Positions 58,064 to 64,000 of a DNA stretch of 64,000 bases are shown in pieces. The notes beneath the pieces are model-generated. The model worked only from the letters and a program-made list of their open reading frames with translations, did not search any database and was not told the origin of the DNA. The translations under genes were made by a program, and so were the position numbers. The stretch covers positions 9,095 to 73,094 of the IMG/VR virus record IMGVR_UViG_3300039210_000318; one strand, given 5' to 3'. The stretch comes from a virus. Numbering within the stretch: the first letter of the stretch is position 1; each line of letters opens with the position of its first letter.

Positions 58064-59656
58064 TTGGCCCAACGTAGCATCCTCGCCACCGTCGGCAGCG
58101 CCTTGCGCGCCGGCGTCTCCGGCATGGTCGATTGGAAGCGCGCCTCCAGCGCCAACATCACCCTCATCCCGTCCTACCTCGCCAACCTCCTGTGGCTCAT
58201 CTCGACCAAGTTCTGGGAGCTTGCCAGGGAGGGCTACGCCGGGAACGCCGCCGTCTACGCCTGTCTGCGCGTGCTCTGCGCCGCCGTCTCCGAGCCGCCC
58301 CTGATCGCCGTTATGCGCGACCCCTCGACCGGCAACGAAACCCCCCTGCCCTGGGACCATCCGCTGGTCAAGCTCATGGAAAACCCCAACGAACTCATGA
58401 CCGGCCACGCTATGTGGGAGCTAACGGAGTTGTACGTCGGCATCACCGGCAGGGCTTGCTGGTGGAAGGAACGGGACCGTACCGGCGCCATCATCAGCCT
58501 CTGGCCGCTGCGCCCAGACCGCGTTGGCCCGATCTATAGTGACAGCATCATCCCCGGCCAGCGCGTCATTTCCGGCTGGACGTACCTCATCCCCGGTACC
58601 ACCAACTACATACCGATCCCCCGTAAGGACGTGCTCACCTTCGTCAACCCCGACCCGGTAGGCGACAGCGGAGGCATCGTGGAAGGGCTGGGCGCCCTCC
58701 AAGTGCTCGCCCGCGAGGTCAGCGCCGATAACCAGGCCTCTACCTTCGTCGGCGCCCTGCTCCACAACCACGCCATCCCCGGCACGATCCTCACCACCAA
58801 GAACAGGATCAAGAACGCCGAGGACGCCTCGATCATCAAGCACGCCTTCATGGACCAATTCGGCGGGCTGAACCGCGGCCAGCCCATGGTGATCGACGCC
58901 GAGACCACCGTTACCCAGACCGGCTTCTCGCTGCAGCAGTTGGAATTCCCCCAACTGAGGCGCATCGCGGAGAGCCGCATCGCCGCCGCCTACGGCGTGC
59001 CGGCCATCCTGGTCGGCTTGCTGGTCGGCCTGGAATCCGGCATCCGCGCCACGATGGAGGAGCAGCGCGAGTACTTCACGGAGACGACGTGCTCCTCGAA
59101 GTGGACGCGCTACGAGGGGCAATACCAGCTTGGCGTGGCCGGCGAGTACGACTCCAACATCGTCACGCGCTTCGACACCACCAAGGTCAAGGCCCTCACC
59201 AACCAAACCGCGCGGGCCAAGCAACCCCTGATCGACGGCTACAAGCTCGGCGCCATTACCAAGAACGAGTTCCGCGTGCTCGTGGTCAACCTGCCACCCC
59301 GCGAGGACGGCGACCAGTACTTGACCCCTATGTCGGGTACCGCCATTGACCCCATGATCGCGGCCGGCGCGCCGTCCAAGCGTGCGCCGGCCGACGCCGG
59401 GGACGATCCCGACGGCGGCCCGGAGGAGAAGCAAAAGGCGGGCAAGCCGGCTCCCCAGATCGCTCCCCCCGGTACCCCGCCTGCGCCGGCGCAACAGGGC
59501 GGCGCCCAGAAGGCGTTCGCCCTCGAACCCCATGCGCCCAAGTGGCTGCGTGACGAAGTGCATGCAGCCGCCAGCAAGCTAACGGACTGGTACGGCCAGC
59601 AAGACGGCCAATTCGCCCAGGCAATGCAGAAAGGCACGGCAGACAATGGCTCCTAG
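58064..59656 (+). CDS. Phage portal protein (HK97-like)
   Basis: VYAC, HPL..L..PN..M, LWPLRPDRV, RIAAAYGVP and IT.NEFR motifs. Confidence 0.93.
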   Translation: MAQRSILATVGSALRAGVSGMVDWKRASSANITLIPSYLANLLWLISTKFWELAREGYAGNAAVYACLRVLCAAVSEPPLIAVMRDPSTGNETPLPWDHPLVKLMENPNELMTGHAMWELTELYVGITGRACWWKERDRTGAIISLWPLRPDRVGPIYSDSIIPGQRVISGWTYLIPGTTNYIPIPRKDVLTFVNPDPVGDSGGIVEGLGALQVLAREVSADNQASTFVGALLHNHAIPGTILTTKNRIKNAEDASIIKHAFMDQFGGLNRGQPMVIDAETTVTQTGFSLQQLEFPQLRRIAESRIAAAYGVPAILVGLLVGLESGIRATMEEQREYFTETTCSSKWTRYEGQYQLGVAGEYDSNIVTRFDTTKVKALTNQTARAKQPLIDGYKLGAITKNEFRVLVVNLPPREDGDQYLTPMSGTAIDPMIAAGAPSKRAPADAGDDPDGGPEEKQKAGKPAPQIAPPGTPPAPAQQGGAQKAFALEPHAPKWLRDEVHAAASKLTDWYGQQDGQFAQAMQKGTADNGS

Positions 59657-59939
59657 CATCACTCCCTCCAACATCCTGCGCTTCGGCATGCAAGCCCAGC
59701 CCACGCTGGACTCCTACCGCCAGAGCACCGGCGCGGCCCGGGTGAGCCTCCATTTGGAGACGGGCGACCTGCCCCCGCTCAGCCCCGTTACCGTGTCCGG
59801 CGCCCTCGGCAGCGCCGCCCTGGCTGCCTTCATTGACCGCGCCGCCACCCTGGCCGGCGAGCGTGTAACCGAGCAGGTCCGCGAACGCCTGCGCCAGCAA
59901 GCCGCTACCCTCGCCTACGAGGCATACAAGCGTGGATAG
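59646..59939 (+). CDS. Hypothetical protein
   Basis: Coupled ORF in the head operon. Confidence 0.5.
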   Translation: MAPSITPSNILRFGMQAQPTLDSYRQSTGAARVSLHLETGDLPPLSPVTVSGALGSAALAAFIDRAATLAGERVTEQVRERLRQQAATLAYEAYKRG

Positions 59940-60130
59940 CACCGCCGCCGCTCTCCTCGCGGCGTCCGTCGCCCCGGTGTCCATCTCATTCTCCGCGAGC
60001 ACCAACGAGCTGCAATACCGGCCGTCGCCGGCAGCGGCGCGCGCTGCGCTACGCCAGGCGCGCCTCATCCGTCGCAACCGGCGCATCGTCGCTCAGGCGT
60101 GGGCCGACGTACCGGCGCACCGGAGGCCGC

Positions 60131-60781
60131 ATGTCTGACCCCCAGACGCAGGACACCAGCGCTGCCGATCGGCAGCGGGTAGCCACCGCCCTCGCCGCCG
60201 CCACGGCGCTGCTCGCCGCCGGGCAAGACCTGGCCGGCGACCCGACCACGCTGGCGGGCATCCTGCGCACGGTCTGGACGCGCACCTATGAAGCGGTGAT
60301 ACGCGCGGAACTAGAGGCCGCTGGCCAGGACGTGCCGGCGACGCTGATTATCAGCAACTCCGACGTGGTTGCCGCCATCGAGCAGCACGCCACCGAGACC
60401 GCCCAGGCCATCCAGGACACCCTGCGCCGGGAAGCCCAGGCAGCGTTTGACACCATCCCGTTAGACACGGCGCCGGACGTAGCCCAACGCTTGCTGGTGC
60501 GCTGGCTCGTCACGCGCAGCATCCACAAGACCGCCCAGGTTGCTATCACCGAGACCGCCACCGCCGCCGGCGCCGCGCAGCGCGACTTCATCAAGCGCAG
60601 CGGCGCGAAGGGCAGCGCGTCCTTCGGCTATAGCCTCCAATGCAAACTCTGCCAGGCCATCGCCCAGGGCAACCCCTACGACCTGGACGACGACACGGTG
60701 GGCGAGATCCCGCACCCGTCGTGCCTCGACTACTGGCGCATCTCCTACACGAGCATCGCTACCCCCTGGCACGGCCAGTGA
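60131..60781 (+). CDS. MuF/SPP1 gp7-like minor head protein
   Basis: A.TET, C..C and PHPSC C-terminal motifs; follows the portal gene. Confidence 0.65.
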   Translation: MSDPQTQDTSAADRQRVATALAAATALLAAGQDLAGDPTTLAGILRTVWTRTYEAVIRAELEAAGQDVPATLIISNSDVVAAIEQHATETAQAIQDTLRREAQAAFDTIPLDTAPDVAQRLLVRWLVTRSIHKTAQVAITETATAAGAAQRDFIKRSGAKGSASFGYSLQCKLCQAIAQGNPYDLDDDTVGEIPHPSCLDYWRISYTSIATPWHGQ

Positions 60782-60801
60782 GCACCAACGAAAGGCACCC
60801 C

Positions 60802-61215
60802 ATGGCCCCCACCGTCACGACCGCCGACTACGAGCAGGACATAGCCGCCATCGAAGCGGCCGCCAGCGCTCCCCTGCGCCTCTGCACCGAGATACGCCGC
60901 CTGGCCGGCGAGGTCGCCCGCTACCGCACCCTGGCCGAGGACGCCCTCACCAGCGCCGACGCCGCTATGCAGCGCGAAGGCCCCTACCGGCTCATGCTCG
61001 GCCACGCCGACGTTATCGCCGCTAGCCTCGCGTCGGAGCCTGGCTGCGCCGGGTTCGCCATGCCCCTGGTCGGCGCGCCGGAGCAGGACTATATCGACGC
61101 CTTGCGCGCCGCCAACGACCGCTGCGAGCAAGCCGCGCTGCGCCTCCACTCCCTGACCGCCCAGACCCGGCTCCAGGTCGCTAAGGGTGGCTCCCCCGCC
61201 TCCCGTTACTGGTAA
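60802..61215 (+). CDS. Hypothetical protein
   Basis: GAAAGG RBS; head operon. Confidence 0.5.
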   Translation: MAPTVTTADYEQDIAAIEAAASAPLRLCTEIRRLAGEVARYRTLAEDALTSADAAMQREGPYRLMLGHADVIAASLASEPGCAGFAMPLVGAPEQDYIDALRAANDRCEQAALRLHSLTAQTRLQVAKGGSPASRYW

Positions 61216-61271
61216 ACGCGCCCCCCCGGCGCGCCACTCTCCCCCCCGTAGTCAGAAAGCCACCACCCCCC

Positions 61272-62471
61272 ATGAAGCTCGTCCAGACCCCTCCTGCCAC
61301 CGCGCTTGCGGTCCGCTCCGCTGAGGCCGACGCCCCCGACCAGATAGTCGGCTGGGGCATGCCCTTCGGCGGGCCGATCAACGGCCGCGACCTCTACGGC
61401 ACGCACTTCTCGCTGAAAACGAACTTTTGCTTCGACTGGTTTCCAACGGAGCACCCGCTGCTGTATCAGCACGGCCTGGACCCCAAGACCGACGTGGCCG
61501 TCGTCGGTCGGGTCAAAGCCTGGGAGACCAAGAGCGATGGCGTCTGGGTGCAAGCTCAGTTGGACGCCAGCAGCGCCTACCACGAAGACATTGCCGGGCT
61601 GATCAGCGCGGGCAAGCTCTACTTCAGCAGCGGGGCCATGGGGCACCTGGTGCAGGAGGACCACAAGACCGGCGAAATCAAGCGCTGGCCCTGGGTGGAA
61701 ATGAGCCTCACCCCTACGCCGGCCAATATCTATGCCGAGCTGGAATATGCCCGCGTGGCTCCCCACCTGCGCTCCATCGGCATTGACGCCGACGCCGTGC
61801 TCGCCACCCTCGCCGCCAAGGCCGAGGAGTTGGACGGCGCGGGCGCCGACGACGCCACCCGCAGCGCACCGCTGCGCAGCGCCGACAAAATCGACGGCAG
61901 CTATGAAGACCTCATGGGCGACCTGCGCGAGAAGCTCAACGCAAAAGGCCCGTTTGCGGGTGACAGTTATAGCAGCATCGTCGCCACGTTCGCGGATCAT
62001 GTGCTTGTCTGCCGCTACGACTACGACTGTGACGACGGCGACGACATGGAAACCTTCTGGGAAGTCCAATACACGCTGGACGAGCAGGGCGAGCCGGTGC
62101 TCGGTGACGCCCGCCAAATGGAGCAAACCTACCAGCCCGTGGCAGCACGAAAGTCTGCCGCCGGGCCACTTATCCTGGACGCCCAACGCCTGGCTTTGCA
62201 CGCCAAAGCCCTGAGCCAGCGCACGGAAGACCTGGCAACGCGGCGCATGGCAGAAGCCCGCAGCATTTCCGGCGGCAACCGGAAGGCCCTCGATCTTGCC
62301 ATCGAGAGCGCCGACGTTGCCCTGGGTACTTTGCGGAATGCCCTCAGCGGTGCGGACCGAGTACGCGACGAAGCGGTGAAAGCCGCCGCGCTCCGCTCCC
62401 CCGCTGCGATGCAACAGCAGGTCGCCCTCCTGGGCTGGTTCCTCGACACGCTGCCCGCCGCAAGCGAGTAG
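61272..62471 (+). CDS. Prohead protease with a C-terminal scaffold-like extension
   Basis: DLYG, LLYQHG, GVWV, FSSG and EMSLTPTPAN HK97-type protease motifs. Confidence 0.85.
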   Translation: MKLVQTPPATALAVRSAEADAPDQIVGWGMPFGGPINGRDLYGTHFSLKTNFCFDWFPTEHPLLYQHGLDPKTDVAVVGRVKAWETKSDGVWVQAQLDASSAYHEDIAGLISAGKLYFSSGAMGHLVQEDHKTGEIKRWPWVEMSLTPTPANIYAELEYARVAPHLRSIGIDADAVLATLAAKAEELDGAGADDATRSAPLRSADKIDGSYEDLMGDLREKLNAKGPFAGDSYSSIVATFADHVLVCRYDYDCDDGDDMETFWEVQYTLDEQGEPVLGDARQMEQTYQPVAARKSAAGPLILDAQRLALHAKALSQRTEDLATRRMAEARSISGGNRKALDLAIESADVALGTLRNALSGADRVRDEAVKAAALRSPAAMQQQVALLGWFLDTLPAASE

Positions 62472-62564
62472 CACCCACTCCCCACGGGGGCGCCCTGCCC
62501 CCGTTCTCTCCTCCGCTCCCGGCGCATTGGCGTCGGGCCTTCCACACCCCCCATCGGAGACCAA

Positions 62565-63911
62565 ATGTCCATCAAGGCAGTACAGGACAAACTGCGTCAG
62601 GTCGTAACCGACGCGCAGGCCATCGCCGCAAAAGGCGTCTTCTCGACCGAAGACAGCCAGCGGCTCGAAGGTCTGATCACCGAGGGCAATACCCTCAAGG
62701 CCCAGATCGCCCAGCATGAAGCGGTCAACGGCATGGCCGACTTCGCCGGTAAGAGCGCCGGGATGCTCGACCTGGCCGGGGCTTCCCAGCTTGGTATGAC
62801 CCCCGCCGGGGAGACCATGGTGGAGCGCACGACCGTCAACGGCCGGCCGGCGGTGCGCCTGCTCGACCAGTTCGGTGAGGGTCTCGTAGACGACGCGACC
62901 TTCCGCAAGATCAGCAGCCCGGAATACAAGGCGGCTTTCCGCACGTATCTCCGCAAGGGCCAGAACGGCCTGAAGTCCAGCGAGATCCGGACCCTGCAAG
63001 AGGGCGCCGACACAGAGGGTGGCTTCCTCGTGCCGGAAGACTTTCTGGAGAAGATCATCGCCAAGGAGCCGACCCCCACGCGGGTGGCCGGCCGTGTCAC
63101 GAGCCTCCAGACCAGCCGCGACGCGCTGGTAATCCCCAAGGTCAACTACGCCGCCGACGATCTGTATACGTCGGGTATCCGCGTTACCTGGACCGGCGAA
63201 GTGCCGTCGTCCTCGACCGCGATGCGCGTGACGGACCCCATCTTCGGCCAGGCCCGCATCAGCGTCCAGACCGCCATGATGAGCCTGCCCCTGACCAACG
63301 ACCAGATCGAGGACACCGCGTTCCCGCTCGTCTCGTGGGTCTCTGGCAAGTTTGCCGAAACGGTAGACCTGCTGCGTGACAACATGGTCCTCAACGGCAG
63401 CGGCCAGGGCCAGCCCTACGGGCTATTCCTCGCCCCCGGCGCGGTCAATCAGCCCGCCGTCGTGACCAGCGGCAACGCCAACCTGATCACCGCCGCCGGC
63501 CTGGTCAGCACCGCCTTCGCCCTGCCCGAGCAGTACGACGACGCCGCCACATGGGTCATGAACAAGACGAGCACCGCCGCAGCGATTGCCGGGCTGGTTG
63601 ACAGCAACGGCCGTTACCTGTGGGGTTCCGGTCTGCAGGACTCCGGCTTGGTGCCCAGCATCAAGGACCGCAAGCTCCTGGGCTACGACGTGCTGCTGAG
63701 TGGGTTCGCCCCCTCGGTTGCCGCCAGCGCCTACGTCGCGATCTTCGGGGACCTGAAAGGGTATTACCTCCTGAACCGCGTCGGCTTCTCGATCCAGGTC
63801 TTGCGCGAACTGTACGCCGAGACCAACCAGGTGCTCATCCTTGGCCGGCTCCGCTTCGGCGGCATCGTGGCCGAGCCGTGGCGCTTGAAGGTCCATCAGG
63901 TTCACGCTTAG
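62565..63911 (+). CDS. Major capsid protein, HK97 family
   Basis: GGFLVPE, LNGSGQGQP.G, GRYLW, LLGY.V, IFGD..Y and GRLRFGG motifs. Confidence 0.95.
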   Translation: MSIKAVQDKLRQVVTDAQAIAAKGVFSTEDSQRLEGLITEGNTLKAQIAQHEAVNGMADFAGKSAGMLDLAGASQLGMTPAGETMVERTTVNGRPAVRLLDQFGEGLVDDATFRKISSPEYKAAFRTYLRKGQNGLKSSEIRTLQEGADTEGGFLVPEDFLEKIIAKEPTPTRVAGRVTSLQTSRDALVIPKVNYAADDLYTSGIRVTWTGEVPSSSTAMRVTDPIFGQARISVQTAMMSLPLTNDQIEDTAFPLVSWVSGKFAETVDLLRDNMVLNGSGQGQPYGLFLAPGAVNQPAVVTSGNANLITAAGLVSTAFALPEQYDDAATWVMNKTSTAAAIAGLVDSNGRYLWGSGLQDSGLVPSIKDRKLLGYDVLLSGFAPSVAASAYVAIFGDLKGYYLLNRVGFSIQVLRELYAETNQVLILGRLRFGGIVAEPWRLKVHQVHA

Positions 63912-63922
63912 GCGTGGCCCCC

Positions 63923-63951
63923 ACCCCGCCGGCTCGGCTGCCGGCGGGGTA
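63923..63951 (+). terminator. Hairpin downstream of the capsid gene
   Basis: ACCCCGCCGGC-tcggct-GCCGGCGGGGT inverted repeat; no U-tract. Confidence 0.45.
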
Positions 63952-64000
63952 GCCCTCGGTGCAACCGTGCAGTAGAAAGCAACCCAAACCCCATGAGCAA

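Noticed and set aside
1-64000. tRNA or rRNA genes
   Set aside because: No cloverleaf or T-loop signatures or rRNA-like segments were recognised by eye; tRNAscan-SE was not run.

Overview
High-GC segment of a tailed dsDNA phage or prophage genome. The SSB, CHAP and recombinase styles suggest a Chloroflexota-like host, but that is inference only. The window opens in the tail and lysis module (0.1-9.1 kb). A leftward block follows with five tandem paralogues, a UDG-like protein, ArdC, Rad52/Sak and SSB (9.1-17 kb). Next come a replication module with iterons (17.5-19.7 kb), many nucleotide and DNA-modification genes (22-40 kb) and a tyrosine recombinase (40.6-41.6 kb). A ~10 kb array of near-identical promoter/operator-hairpin-small gene-terminator cassettes spans 42.6-52 kb, and the window ends in the methylase/terminase/portal/protease/capsid operon (52.6-63.9 kb). 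The standout is at 19.7-22.0 kb: a stand-alone RAMP/Cas7-like gene with its own promoter, directly followed by a ~1.48 kb non-CRISPR array. The array has 43 GCGAC-like anchors separated by NNN-CC pentamers, with unit lengths of 28/33/38/43 nt (5n+3). It looks like a phage-encoded RNA-guided system with a gapped, 5-nt-periodic guide code. All product calls come from motif recognition by eye; no database searches were run.
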